56,547 nt of DNA from an uncultured virus (IMG/VR IMGVR_UViG_3300037067_004615) (lineage: Duplodnaviria; Heunggongvirae; Uroviricota; Caudoviricetes): IMG/VR virus record IMGVR_UViG_3300037067_004615; one strand, given 5' to 3'. Below, piece by piece: positions 10,291-19,946 of this stretch (the stretch's first letter is position 1; every line of letters begins with the position of its first letter). The notes under the pieces were generated by a model. That model had not been told where the DNA came from. It ran no database searches and saw only the letters and a list, made by a program, of their open reading frames with translations. Both the position numbers and the translations under genes were made by a program.

Positions 10291-10833
10291 TTGGATACTA
10301 AAACTTTGTTGATGATAATTCCGTGGTTTCTAATTATATATACTTGGTATTCGTATTACAACTTACAAGGTAAAATCCACTGTCAATTCCATAGAAAAGA
10401 CGATACAGTTATAGACCGACGTATTAAAATGACTGATAACGAAGTCCGATTTATGAAAGGGACATACAAGGTCAATCCAAAGAGATTCAGCATAAAATGG
10501 TTTAAACTATGGGGCATATTTTCTTATCCAATGATTTTCCAAGAATGGAAATGGGATTCCGAAGACCCCATAGACCCCAAGACTTTCAAGAATACTGCCG
10601 ATTCCCCAGAAGCTGCTTACGCTTCAGATGCAGGGAAAAGTTGGAAACAATTTAACGATAATTTTGATGAACAAGGTGCTAAAAAGGCAAGCGGTTTAGA
10701 AAAATATTTACCGTGGATTACGTTAGGTGCGTTAGTCTTAGGGTTAGTGTTTATTTACATGACGTTCAACGGTAAATTGGGTATTATCGAAGCTCAGATT
10801 CAGTCATTAGGTGGAATGATTAAAGGCAAATAG
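10291..10833 (+). CDS. membrane protein with N- and C-terminal TM helices, upstream of the ATPase
   Basis: GGAGG SD, TTG start; two hydrophobic segments. Confidence 0.7.
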   Translation: MDTKTLLMIIPWFLIIYTWYSYYNLQGKIHCQFHRKDDTVIDRRIKMTDNEVRFMKGTYKVNPKRFSIKWFKLWGIFSYPMIFQEWKWDSEDPIDPKTFKNTADSPEAAYASDAGKSWKQFNDNFDEQGAKKASGLEKYLPWITLGALVLGLVFIYMTFNGKLGIIEAQIQSLGGMIKGK

Positions 10834-10841
10834 GAGTATCT

Positions 10842-11288
10842 ATGGCAGAAAAATCAGGCGAAGATATTTTCAATCAACTTGCAAAAGAAGAACCATTGAG
10901 AACAGATGAAATTGATGAATCATCTTATAATGGTGGGGGTGGTGATAGAACACTAGACGACTATGAAAGGGAAAGTCCTAATCTTACTGACTTACAATCT
11001 TTAATTAAGACATTATCGCCTGATTTTCAGGATGATTTATATAATGTGTTAGCGATGGCTAAATTAGCACCTGAAAAGGCTAGACCGTTGTTGAAACTGT
11101 TGGTTAATGACGAAATGAGGCGTAATCGTGGTAAGAGTAGAAGCATAGTGAGAATAGCTACGAATATTTACGTTGCAATTACATTAGCGATTGATGGCAA
11201 ACATACAGTCGATATACTTGAAGCCTATGGCAGTCGATCAAGTGGGAATGAAATAGATACTTTAAGTGCTATGAATTTAGGTGGTTAG
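10842..11288 (+). CDS. hypothetical protein
   Basis: AGGAG SD; tightly packed in operon. Confidence 0.7.
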   Translation: MAEKSGEDIFNQLAKEEPLRTDEIDESSYNGGGGDRTLDDYERESPNLTDLQSLIKTLSPDFQDDLYNVLAMAKLAPEKARPLLKLLVNDEMRRNRGKSRSIVRIATNIYVAITLAIDGKHTVDILEAYGSRSSGNEIDTLSAMNLGG

Positions 11289-11292
11289 TTAG

Positions 11293-11949
11293 ATGATAAT
11301 GAGGAATAATAAAAATGTTCAAAGTAAGTCAGAACTTTGCGTTATTTCAGGTGCCCCCGGCGAGGGCAAGACGACTACTGGTGTAAAAATGTTAATCGAT
11401 AGTTCCGGCATAAACTCGCCACCACATTTTAAACAAGACTCTAGAATACACTTATTTGCGAACACTTACTTACGTGGTGTTAAATTTATGTACTTGCCAC
11501 TTGAAAAACTGATCGAGTATATAAAAGTTACTACCAATAATTTACCGATTGACCATCCCGATGCGGTACCACTAATAGGTAATGGTGTGTACTTGTATGA
11601 TGAAGGTTCGCAAGGTGCTAATGCTAGAGAAAGTACAAGCTCTGATACAATGGTAATTCAGAACCTAGTTACTCAAAGTCGTAAAAGAAAACTAAAGATT
11701 ATATTTATTACACAGGATGTTCGTTTATTAACTTGGGAAATTCGTAAACTAGCAAATGAGTGGATTGAGTGTGAACGACGTAATAAGAACTCATCGATTA
11801 TTACGCTGACAGTTAAAAAAGATGGCAAACCAGTTCATTCATTTAACTATGATGGTTCAAGAACGTGGCCGTATTTCCATTCTAATCAATTACACGCATT
11901 ATCAGATGCACGTTTAGCTAAAGCATATGCTCGTGCGAGGACAAGTTAA
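11293..11949 (+). CDS. Zot/pI-like P-loop ATPase (FtsK-HerA superfamily), putative genome packaging or extrusion motor
   Basis: Walker A GAPGEGKT, Walker B YLYDEG, SRKR...IFITQ...IRKL. Confidence 0.8.
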   Translation: MIMRNNKNVQSKSELCVISGAPGEGKTTTGVKMLIDSSGINSPPHFKQDSRIHLFANTYLRGVKFMYLPLEKLIEYIKVTTNNLPIDHPDAVPLIGNGVYLYDEGSQGANARESTSSDTMVIQNLVTQSRKRKLKIIFITQDVRLLTWEIRKLANEWIECERRNKNSSIITLTVKKDGKPVHSFNYDGSRTWPYFHSNQLHALSDARLAKAYARARTS

Positions 11950-11951
11950 GT

Positions 11952-12209
11952 ATGGAAATGTATTCTTTAACACCGAAAGGACAAATTATAGCAAAAAACC
12001 CGAATGGAGTTAGCGACCCACGACATCCTGATTTTGCGAAATGGAGCATCTTATATAAATTAAAATTTCTCCATTATGCAGATAGAAATACGCTCGCAAC
12101 GAATTGTGGGATTTCACCTGAAGCGTGTTCTTTAGCGTTAGCAAGTCTTGTACAACGTAATATGGTAGTGAGTGATTCTAAAAGGGATAATGCGAGTGAT
12201 TTCATTTAG
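11952..12209 (+). CDS. small protein, possible winged HTH
   Basis: LATNCGISPEACSLALASLVQRNMV pattern. Confidence 0.5.
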   Translation: MEMYSLTPKGQIIAKNPNGVSDPRHPDFAKWSILYKLKFLHYADRNTLATNCGISPEACSLALASLVQRNMVVSDSKRDNASDFI

Positions 12210-12221
12210 TGAGGTAACAAT

Positions 12222-12440
12222 ATGGAATTATTTAAAAGGGATAAGACACTTGAAGAATTAGAGAACGAAAATGAAAAACTCGAAAAGGATGTTTCAAACT
12301 GGAAATATAAAGCAGAAATTGCACGACTAAAAAAACAGATAGATGCACAGGGTGGGAAAGGGTTGTGGTCTAAAATAGTAGGGGATTCTAAAGGTGGTAG
12401 TGCAGTTTCTAAGGCGCTTAAATGGATACGAGGTCGTTAA
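12222..12440 (+). CDS. coiled-coil protein with amphipathic C-terminus
   Basis: GAGGT SD; E/K heptads. Confidence 0.6.
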   Translation: MELFKRDKTLEELENENEKLEKDVSNWKYKAEIARLKKQIDAQGGKGLWSKIVGDSKGGSAVSKALKWIRGR

Positions 12441-12443
12441 ATA

Positions 12444-12695
12444 TTGCTTCAATTATCTCGTTATACTGCTAAATATAAAGGGAACTTCTGGAAGTTTTGT
12501 GTTGTCGGTTTGAGTGGCGCTGTTATTCAGATCGGACTCACAAGACTTCTATTTTTTATATTAACTAACTACTTACATATAGATGGTGGTAACGCTAATA
12601 CGATCTCTGTAATTGTAGTAATTCCTATAACGACTATCTGGAACTTTGCATGGAACGCTTTGTGGACTTTTAAGAGGGACGATGTTAAAAAATAA
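12444..12695 (+). CDS. gtrA: GtrA-family lipid-linked sugar flippase
   Basis: FWKFCVVGLSGAVI...ANTIS...WNFAWNALWTF GtrA pattern. Confidence 0.8.
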   Translation: MLQLSRYTAKYKGNFWKFCVVGLSGAVIQIGLTRLLFFILTNYLHIDGGNANTISVIVVIPITTIWNFAWNALWTFKRDDVKK

Positions 12696-13797
12696 TTCTA
12701 GATTATTGGGTTGTGTGTTACCTCTAGCTGTATTTGTTGTAATTTTAGTCATGTGGAATTTCCAAACCCCAATGATTACAGACGAATATTGTTTTTATAA
12801 ATTATCTTTAAACTTCCCCAATTATTCAAGCACATCAGATTGGTTCTTAAAAGATAGACCTTCTATGTTAAATAATTCAGTTGATTGGGATAAAGAACAA
12901 CAAGAGAAAGCGTTCAGAGAAGTATATGATTCACAGTTATATCCACATAGTCCATTAATGCCGATTGTATTTTCGCCTATTGTTAAAGGTTTGAATTGGT
13001 GTGCGGATAAAGGTATAATCCTACACATAGAAGATGAAGATGGATATGATTCAACTGGTAAATATCGTGCAGAATTAATAACTAAAATACTTAGAATGTT
13101 TTCGATCATTACAGTCGTTGCGTCTATGTGGTTAATATATGAGTTACTTTATAAAAAGGTCGGTAAAAATGCTTATTTATTTGCAGTGCCATTAGCGGCA
13201 TCTTATCAATTATTATTCGGTGCGTTTTTATTTTATTGGGACGTTTTTATGATGTTCTTTTTTGTGTTGACTTTGTATCTTATGGAACGTAAATCGAAGT
13301 GGGCCTATGTTACTGCGTGTTTTATGTTGAATACTAAGATGTTCATTCCATTTGTAATAATGTTACCTCTAGTTGTAAAGAATTGGAAAATGATATTTAC
13401 AGGGTTTGCTATTTTGCCGTGGTTTATTGTGGCATGGATTGTAACAGGCGACCCGATATATTTTTTCACGCATTATTTCGGTGTGACTGGGACGCATAAC
13501 TTTGTTTATCACTTATATAGCGTTAAAGAATGGGTATTAATCTTTGTTGGATTGGGTATACCGTTGTTCGCTATAATGACGTTACCTATTATATGGTATG
13601 CAAAAAAATATCCAGAATATGTAGCATTATTAGTGGTAGCTTGCTTGTATGCGTTTACTTCTGGTCTAGCATTAACTCATTTATCCACGTTACTTTATGC
13701 AGGATGTTTAATATTCCCGATTGTGGTTTACGAGTATAAACTAACTGAAAAAATAAATCGTTGGTTTAGAAATAAAAAAGATGTTGTCGATAAATAA
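12682..13797 (+). CDS. GT-C fold (PMT/ArnT-like) membrane glycosyltransferase, paralog 1
   Basis: DE motif after TM1 (ITDEY), HSPL, many TMs; ATG 12682 follows GAGGGA. Confidence 0.7.
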   Translation: MLKNNSRLLGCVLPLAVFVVILVMWNFQTPMITDEYCFYKLSLNFPNYSSTSDWFLKDRPSMLNNSVDWDKEQQEKAFREVYDSQLYPHSPLMPIVFSPIVKGLNWCADKGIILHIEDEDGYDSTGKYRAELITKILRMFSIITVVASMWLIYELLYKKVGKNAYLFAVPLAASYQLLFGAFLFYWDVFMMFFFVLTLYLMERKSKWAYVTACFMLNTKMFIPFVIMLPLVVKNWKMIFTGFAILPWFIVAWIVTGDPIYFFTHYFGVTGTHNFVYHLYSVKEWVLIFVGLGIPLFAIMTLPIIWYAKKYPEYVALLVVACLYAFTSGLALTHLSTLLYAGCLIFPIVVYEYKLTEKINRWFRNKKDVVDK

Positions 13798-14509
13798 TGT
13801 TTAAAATAAATAGTAAAATAAAAATTTTATGGGTATTGCCAGTAGCTATGTTTGTGGTAGTTATGTTGGTATTTAGTAAAAATACGCCGATGTGGATGGA
13901 TGAATATATATTCTATCGGTTATCAAGTGGTCTACCAAATTATTCGACATCTTCAGACTGGTTATTTGTGGATAGACCATCAACGATTAATCCAATGGAT
14001 ACGTGGAACGATAAAACAGATTTGCCATTTGATAGGGATTATTCGTTAAAATGGATTTACGATAATAAAGTATATTCTCATACACCTTTAGCACCAATAT
14101 TAGTTTATCCGACTGTTAAAGTCCTTAACTGTTTAGCGGATATGAATGTGATATCACATATAGAAGATGAGGCCGGTTATCCTAAGTTATACGATGAAAA
14201 TGGTGAAACGATTGTGCCTAGTCCTTATATGGAAGCTGAAAACATGACTATTGTTTTAAGGTTGATACCAATTAGTTTGTTTGTGGTTTCTATGTGGTTA
14301 ATATTTAAACTTCTATACAAAAGGGTTGGAAAGTGTGCTTATACATTCGCAATCCCAATAGTAATTATGATTCAAATACTATCCGGCGTATTGATGTTTT
14401 ATTGGGACGTTTTTATGATATTCTTTTTTGTTCTTACGCTATACCTGATGGATAAAAAATCGAAGTGGGCCTATGTTACTGCGTGTTTTATGTTGAATAC
14501 TAAGATGTT
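13291..14509 (+). repeat. 53-nt exact direct repeat (13291-13343 and 14457-14509) shared by the two GT-C paralogs
   Basis: aaatcgaagtgggcctatgttactgcgtgttttatgttgaatactaagatgtt at both sites. Confidence 0.9.
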
Positions 14510-14978
14510 TATAGGGTTATTGTTCTTGTTACCGTTAATAGTTAAAAATTGGCGTATGATTTTTTGTGGGTTGTCTTTAGTCCCATTTTACTTAGTAATA
14601 GCAATCTCAAATGGCGATATACTTTCCCCTATTCTACATTACATTTCAGGTCAAGGTGGTATTATCCACAGTTATGTTTATCATTTATATGATTTAAAAG
14701 GATACGGTCTGTTGTTTATCTCATTGGGCATACCATTCTTTGTCGCTATGTGTTTACCAATATTGTGGAAGTTTAAAAAATATCCAGAATACGTTGTGTT
14801 GTTCGTGGTTTCTAATGTATATGCATGGGGTAGCGGTTTGGGGATGGCTCATATTTCATGTTTAATATATGTAGGTGCTATTATTTTCCCACTTGTAGTA
14901 TATGAATATAATCTTATTGATAAAGTAGTTAAGTTTTTTAAAAAGATAGAAGGTAGTCAAAAAATTGAAGTTAAATAA
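13797..14978 (+). CDS. GT-C fold membrane glycosyltransferase, paralog 2
   Basis: WMDEY, HTPL; colinear with paralog 1. Confidence 0.7.
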   Translation: MFKINSKIKILWVLPVAMFVVVMLVFSKNTPMWMDEYIFYRLSSGLPNYSTSSDWLFVDRPSTINPMDTWNDKTDLPFDRDYSLKWIYDNKVYSHTPLAPILVYPTVKVLNCLADMNVISHIEDEAGYPKLYDENGETIVPSPYMEAENMTIVLRLIPISLFVVSMWLIFKLLYKRVGKCAYTFAIPIVIMIQILSGVLMFYWDVFMIFFFVLTLYLMDKKSKWAYVTACFMLNTKMFIGLLFLLPLIVKNWRMIFCGLSLVPFYLVIAISNGDILSPILHYISGQGGIIHSYVYHLYDLKGYGLLFISLGIPFFVAMCLPILWKFKKYPEYVVLFVVSNVYAWGSGLGMAHISCLIYVGAIIFPLVVYEYNLIDKVVKFFKKIEGSQKIEVK

Positions 14979-16404
14979 TAAAATTCTAGCGTATATTTGG
15001 ATTATTGTTATTACGACTACTGTAGTCTATTGGTTCGCATTTTCGCAGATTCTTAAAAGCGAAACGTATTTTTTCTTTTGGCGTACTCAAATTATCGATA
15101 ATATTCAATGGTATCAATTCTTTTTGTCACCGAGTGGGTACGCACCTGGTGATACAATGCTATTCCGTCCGTTTACATATTTAATTGATTCGCTCAGACA
15201 ACTTTGGTTTGGGACTAACTATACGCTGTGGCACATTATGAGTGTTTTTATCCACATATTATCAGGTCTGGCTTTATTTAGATTGCTGTGGAGAATTAAA
15301 CCCAACCTTTTAGCTTTGTTTGGTTCATTATTATTTGTTACTACACCTGTTTTAGCTGGTGCAGTTTTATATGAGAACATTAATGGTTATCAACTTTTTA
15401 CAACCTTAATGCTAACCGGAATATACTATGCTTATAACTTTGTAAAAGATAGAAAAACTAAAGACTTAGTTTGGTGTGGCGTGTCAGTTTTTGTATCTGG
15501 ATTTTTCTATGAAATGGGTGTTGTAGTTGCGTTTATGTTGCTAGTCTATATGGTTTGGGAAACTAGGGATAAAAGATTGTGGTTTTATTCATCCACAATC
15601 ATAGTCTATACAGTTATGTTTGTAATAAGTGTATTTAATAATCCATTAGCTAATTTAGAAGGTTCAAGGTTATTAGACCCACAAAATTTATTGAATGGCT
15701 TGAACAATTCGTATGTTATTGCTATAAGATGGTTCTGCGAAATATGCTTACCGATGGCATTTTATTTTATTCCATTACCTCAAGTCATGTATCAACCTCT
15801 AGCCACTGGTGATAGATTTACAATATGGATTGTAGCAGTGAATCTCGTATTCTTAGCTATTTTGGTTTATGCTATTATGTCGGATAAAACAAGGAAACAA
15901 AAATTGGTTTATATTCTAAGTGCATTGTCTGTAATATACATATTGATCATATCTTTAGTCAGGTCTGGAATATTGGGCGAAGGTTACATTACATCTACTA
16001 ATTTTGATACTTATATGCTTATGGCGTGGATTGTCCCCATAGTCTATATGCTGTTGTGTAATACTTCCAAATTGGGTTATAAATTAGCGTTGGTAGGTAT
16101 GGCATGTTTTATTATCATCGGTGGGTATAGAGTATTTACAGCTAATCATCAATTAAGTGAACTAGAAAAACCACAAAAAAGTTACTTAGCACAAATTGAT
16201 CGTTTTGTGAGCGAACATCAAACTGAAAAAGGTTTCTCATTTAGGTGTAATGCCAATGAATTGGATGATTATCTAACTATGAAGTTCTTATATAAAGATG
16301 AATTAAAAGAATTTTCAGTCCCACAAATAATCTATTATAACTATTGGTCTGATAATCCAATGTATAACCTCGAATGGGTTGATGGTGAATTGATAGAAAA
16401 GTAG
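14965..16404 (+). CDS. GT-C fold membrane glycosyltransferase of a different subfamily (TMTC-like)
   Basis: FRPF...WFGTNYTLWH...IH motif, about 11-12 TMs, soluble C-terminal domain. Confidence 0.65.
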   Translation: MKLNNKILAYIWIIVITTTVVYWFAFSQILKSETYFFFWRTQIIDNIQWYQFFLSPSGYAPGDTMLFRPFTYLIDSLRQLWFGTNYTLWHIMSVFIHILSGLALFRLLWRIKPNLLALFGSLLFVTTPVLAGAVLYENINGYQLFTTLMLTGIYYAYNFVKDRKTKDLVWCGVSVFVSGFFYEMGVVVAFMLLVYMVWETRDKRLWFYSSTIIVYTVMFVISVFNNPLANLEGSRLLDPQNLLNGLNNSYVIAIRWFCEICLPMAFYFIPLPQVMYQPLATGDRFTIWIVAVNLVFLAILVYAIMSDKTRKQKLVYILSALSVIYILIISLVRSGILGEGYITSTNFDTYMLMAWIVPIVYMLLCNTSKLGYKLALVGMACFIIIGGYRVFTANHQLSELEKPQKSYLAQIDRFVSEHQTEKGFSFRCNANELDDYLTMKFLYKDELKEFSVPQIIYYNYWSDNPMYNLEWVDGELIEK

Positions 16405-16433
16405 TTGATTTATTGATTGATAAGTGGTATAAT
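16405..16433 (+). promoter_or_regulatory. sigma70-type promoter
   Basis: TTGATT-17-TATAAT with TG; begins TTGATTTATTGATT. Confidence 0.8.
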
Positions 16434-16461
16434 TAAGGTATAAGACTACGGAGGGATTAAT

Positions 16462-17934
16462 TTGGCAGAGATTGTTTTATGTTTTCCCAAGGGTGGAATG
16501 GATATTGCATCTACGATTGCACCCCCACATTCTTTATTGTGTGTAGCTGCACCACTTGACCATGCTGGTTATGATGTAAAAATTATAGATCAACGTGTAA
16601 ATGCCAACTGGAAACAAGATTTACTCAATGAGTTAGAAACCCAACCTATTTACGTAGGTATTACTTGTATGGTCGGAACGTCTGTTAAATTTGCGATAGA
16701 AATTGCTCGAATAGTGCGTGAATTTAGTCATATACCTATCGTATGGGGTGGGCCACTTCCTACAATTATTCCGCAACAATTTATCGATAGCGGGTTAGCT
16801 GATTATGTTCTAATGAGGGAAGTGGATGAAACTATTGTTGATTTAACACAAAAAATAGCAAATAAAACATGTGAAAGAATTGTGGATAGTCCATTACCTG
16901 ATATGGAAAAACTTTTACCCGAACCTTACCATCTAGTTGACGTTGAAAGTTATATACACAAGGATATGTATGTAAAAAACGGTGTTAGGACTATGGATAT
17001 TTCTCAGTCCAGTCGCAGGTGCCCGATGAATTGCGGATTCTGCGCTAGTCGTGCGATTGGTTTAGGTAAATGGCGTGCTATGTCGGCTGATAAAGCTATA
17101 GATATGATTACAAATGTTGTTAAAAAATATAACCTTACTGGTTTCTGGTTGCGTGATGATGAGTTTTATATTAATAGGGAACGTGCGTCAAAAATTACGG
17201 AAGCGATGATACCCTTAAATATGCGGTGGTACACATCGGGAACTCGTGCTGATATCTTTGTCAAAACACCCGAAGAACAGATTGCATTATACAAACGTGC
17301 TGGTGCTCATACACTTAAATTTGGAGCAGAGTCAGGAAATCAAACCATACTTAATCTAATGAACAAAGGAATTACTGTCGAACAAACACTAGAAGCGAAT
17401 AGACTTTGCAAAAAACATGGTATTACACCAGCGTTTGCGTTGATGTGTGGTTTCCCGACTGAAACATGGGAACAAGTTAATGACACTATCCGATTAGCAA
17501 AACAATTACGTAAAGAAAATCCGAACGCACAGTTTGAAACGATGGCAATCTATACCGCTCATCCTGGTACACCGATGCTTTCACTTGCTGAAGCACATGG
17601 GCTTGTGTTACCTACTAAACTAGAAGAATGGGCAACATGGAACGCTGACGAATATGACCTTGAAGGAAAACGTACACCGTGGTTAACTAAATCAGAACGG
17701 ATTGCACTAGGTAACTTATGCTATCTATCAATGTTAAGTAATGCAGTCCCCAACGTTTTAGACGCTCTTGAAAATCCAACAGAAGCAAAACTTTTGAAAA
17801 TATTGTATGCAATTCCTCACGAGTATTTTAAATGGTCGTTCTTTAATGCTCATTATAAGTTCCATCCTGAAATGCTATTAATTCGGGCGGCGAGAAAGTT
17901 TGTGTTCTATTCTGGACATAAGGTATTGAAATAA
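16462..17934 (+). CDS. B12-binding radical SAM enzyme (class B methyltransferase-like)
   Basis: N-terminal B12 domain (PPHSLL, WGGPLPT), CPMNCGFC, GAESG, GFPTET. Confidence 0.9.
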   Translation: MAEIVLCFPKGGMDIASTIAPPHSLLCVAAPLDHAGYDVKIIDQRVNANWKQDLLNELETQPIYVGITCMVGTSVKFAIEIARIVREFSHIPIVWGGPLPTIIPQQFIDSGLADYVLMREVDETIVDLTQKIANKTCERIVDSPLPDMEKLLPEPYHLVDVESYIHKDMYVKNGVRTMDISQSSRRCPMNCGFCASRAIGLGKWRAMSADKAIDMITNVVKKYNLTGFWLRDDEFYINRERASKITEAMIPLNMRWYTSGTRADIFVKTPEEQIALYKRAGAHTLKFGAESGNQTILNLMNKGITVEQTLEANRLCKKHGITPAFALMCGFPTETWEQVNDTIRLAKQLRKENPNAQFETMAIYTAHPGTPMLSLAEAHGLVLPTKLEEWATWNADEYDLEGKRTPWLTKSERIALGNLCYLSMLSNAVPNVLDALENPTEAKLLKILYAIPHEYFKWSFFNAHYKFHPEMLLIRAARKFVFYSGHKVLK

Positions 17935-17949
17935 ATAGGCGGTGACAAT

Positions 17950-18231
17950 ATGCACGAATATAAGTACATGACCTTATTTGATATTGCAACATATGAAAAA
18001 GAAATGGCATTATGTGGTGTCAGTGAAATTGCAAGATCGCCACAAGGTTTCCTTTCTTACTACAAAAAGATCGGCGGAAATCCGGCAAGAGTCAATCATT
18101 TCTGGCGTAATAAAAGACATAGTTTCATATCGAGGACATTAGGTGCCTATAGACTCCATAAAGATAAAGGCCACAACGTTGAAAGAATGAGGCTATCTTT
18201 AATTGCATGGGCCTACTATCCGAACGAATAA
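17950..18231 (+). CDS. hypothetical protein
   Basis: GGCGGTGA SD; ends RLSLIAWAYYP. Confidence 0.65.
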   Translation: MHEYKYMTLFDIATYEKEMALCGVSEIARSPQGFLSYYKKIGGNPARVNHFWRNKRHSFISRTLGAYRLHKDKGHNVERMRLSLIAWAYYPNE

Positions 18232-18241
18232 TAAAAAGTAG

Positions 18242-18270
18242 TTGATTTATTGATTTATATGTGGTATAAT
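18242..18270 (+). promoter_or_regulatory. sigma70-type promoter
   Basis: TTGATT-17-TATAAT with TG; begins TTGATTTATTGATT. Confidence 0.8.
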
Positions 18271-18298
18271 TGTGTTAGATTTTAAATGAAGGTGTGGG

Positions 18299-18688
18299 AT
18301 GATTAAGATAAATACTAAAATAATTCAAGTTAAAAGGCCATTAAGTAATGAGGCAAAAGACGATTTACTTAAACAAATGTCTGAAATTCGCAAGCGTAAG
18401 TATGACTTATCCGTAGAATTAGACGACCTTAAAGAAAAAAGTAAAGAACTAAAAGACCAGATCGAACAGTTAATTGATGACAGTGATTCGCTTATTTTAC
18501 AGTATGATAGTGGGTTTACACCTGAAAATGTTGACTGCGAAATAAAATATAATGATGGTAAAACTCAATATGTCAATGTAAATACAGGGGAAATCGAACA
18601 AGAATATGATACTACGGATAAGGAACAACTTATTTTAAACAATAATGCAGTGGATGCAGAAGACATAATTCGTGCTGATAACCAATAA
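18299..18688 (+). CDS. coiled-coil hypothetical protein
   Basis: GAAGGTG SD; first gene after promoter. Confidence 0.65.
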   Translation: MIKINTKIIQVKRPLSNEAKDDLLKQMSEIRKRKYDLSVELDDLKEKSKELKDQIEQLIDDSDSLILQYDSGFTPENVDCEIKYNDGKTQYVNVNTGEIEQEYDTTDKEQLILNNNAVDAEDIIRADNQ

Positions 18689-18706
18689 GATTAGCAAGGA
18701 TACTAG

Positions 18707-18850
18707 ATGGAAGAAGAGTTAATCTGTAAAAAATGTAAATCAGTAAATGTGGTAAAGTTTGGTAGTGTACCGACTGTCTACGCTGGCAAAAAACAAAGAC
18801 TACGTTGTCAGGATTGTGGTCGGACGTTCTATCGTGAGATTAAGGAGTAA
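18707..18850 (+). CDS. 47-aa IS1 InsA-like zinc-ribbon miniprotein (not in ORF track)
   Basis: MEEELICKKCKSVNVVKFGSVPTVYAGKKQRLRCQDCGRTFYREIKE; AAGGA SD. Confidence 0.75.
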   Translation: MEEELICKKCKSVNVVKFGSVPTVYAGKKQRLRCQDCGRTFYREIKE

Positions 18851-18855
18851 ATTTA

Positions 18856-19233
18856 ATGCAAGCAAAACGACTTTCAATCAAATTTAAACGTGTCGCAATC
18901 AATGGCGAAAAGTTCTGTCAGATATTAGATGTTCAATGTTATGATATAAGGGAACTACCTGAGACGTACTTCGTTAAATATCCGTATTGTTATATGATGG
19001 TTGATGATTTTCACATTGAAACAAACGATAAAGATTTTGAACTAGATACCATATATAATGTAGGTGATGTGGTATGTGAACATCACTTTAACAAAATAGT
19101 CCGTATAATGCAAGTTTGTGGGGAAAAACTTCACAACATTAACGAAATGGAAAGAGTAAAACGGTTGGAACTTAAACAGAAAAACGATGAACTTTCAAAA
19201 GTCTGGCACGGCGAAGAAGAAATTGTAATTTAA
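18856..19233 (+). CDS. hypothetical protein
   Basis: AAGGAG SD. Confidence 0.65.
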   Translation: MQAKRLSIKFKRVAINGEKFCQILDVQCYDIRELPETYFVKYPYCYMMVDDFHIETNDKDFELDTIYNVGDVVCEHHFNKIVRIMQVCGEKLHNINEMERVKRLELKQKNDELSKVWHGEEEIVI

Positions 19234-19248
19234 AGGAGTTGAATTGTA

Positions 19249-19425
19249 ATGAATGAAATAAAGAAACATCATCCTAGTAAAATGTACTCAAGTGGTAATT
19301 CACCTAATATTCCAAGTGCAAAATGTAAGCAACATTTAAGTGTTGACGAACTCGAACAAAGAACTCAAGCTAACCGAGTTTTGCGCCATAAGAAAATGAT
19401 AGATCATAAAGAGGTAAATGTATAA
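19249..19425 (+). CDS. 58-aa hypothetical protein (not in ORF track)
   Basis: AAGGAG SD; stop overlaps next start (TAATG). Confidence 0.55.
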   Translation: MNEIKKHHPSKMYSSGNSPNIPSAKCKQHLSVDELEQRTQANRVLRHKKMIDHKEVNV

Positions 19426-19664
19426 TGGGCATTTGTGTACTTTGCAATAATCTAGAAGGTAGGAAACTGGTTTTAGATGGAAAGGTAATTGACACATGTC
19501 GTTGCTCTAAGAATAAATATGATAGGGACAACTTGCAAGCATTTTATTCGTTAAATACCGTGGTCAAAAATTCAAAAGATATTGGTAAATTCGGTAAAGA
19601 ATGTCCGCAATTTGATGATAGAATTATGAAAGATAAGGTCGATAATGGAATCGCACAAAAATAA
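19425..19664 (+). CDS. Cys-containing hypothetical protein
   Basis: GAGGT SD; CxxC...CxC...C. Confidence 0.55.
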   Translation: MGICVLCNNLEGRKLVLDGKVIDTCRCSKNKYDRDNLQAFYSLNTVVKNSKDIGKFGKECPQFDDRIMKDKVDNGIAQK

Positions 19665-19946
19665 AAATTAAAGGAGGACAAGAACTTAACCTACGGATTT
19701 GGAAAATAAAACAGTTCATAATAATTATACTGATTGTGAGTCAAAAGATTAAAAATTAAAATTGATTATTGGTTGTGTGTTAAGGTTTCTTCTATCGTAG
19801 CGATAATGGTTCGGTTGTTGCTACAAAAAAATCTAGTTAAACAGGGGAATGTAAATATTGAGCGAATTAAACATAAATCTCTCGCTGAGAAGTGGATTTG
19901 CGGTGATAATAGATACATTCCCTTTGTTTAATATTAGTAGGTGTAA

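Noticed and set aside
19665..19946. 280-nt gap as an ncRNA or gene
   Set aside because: Only short ORFs without a well-placed SD; no convincing stem-loops or promoter
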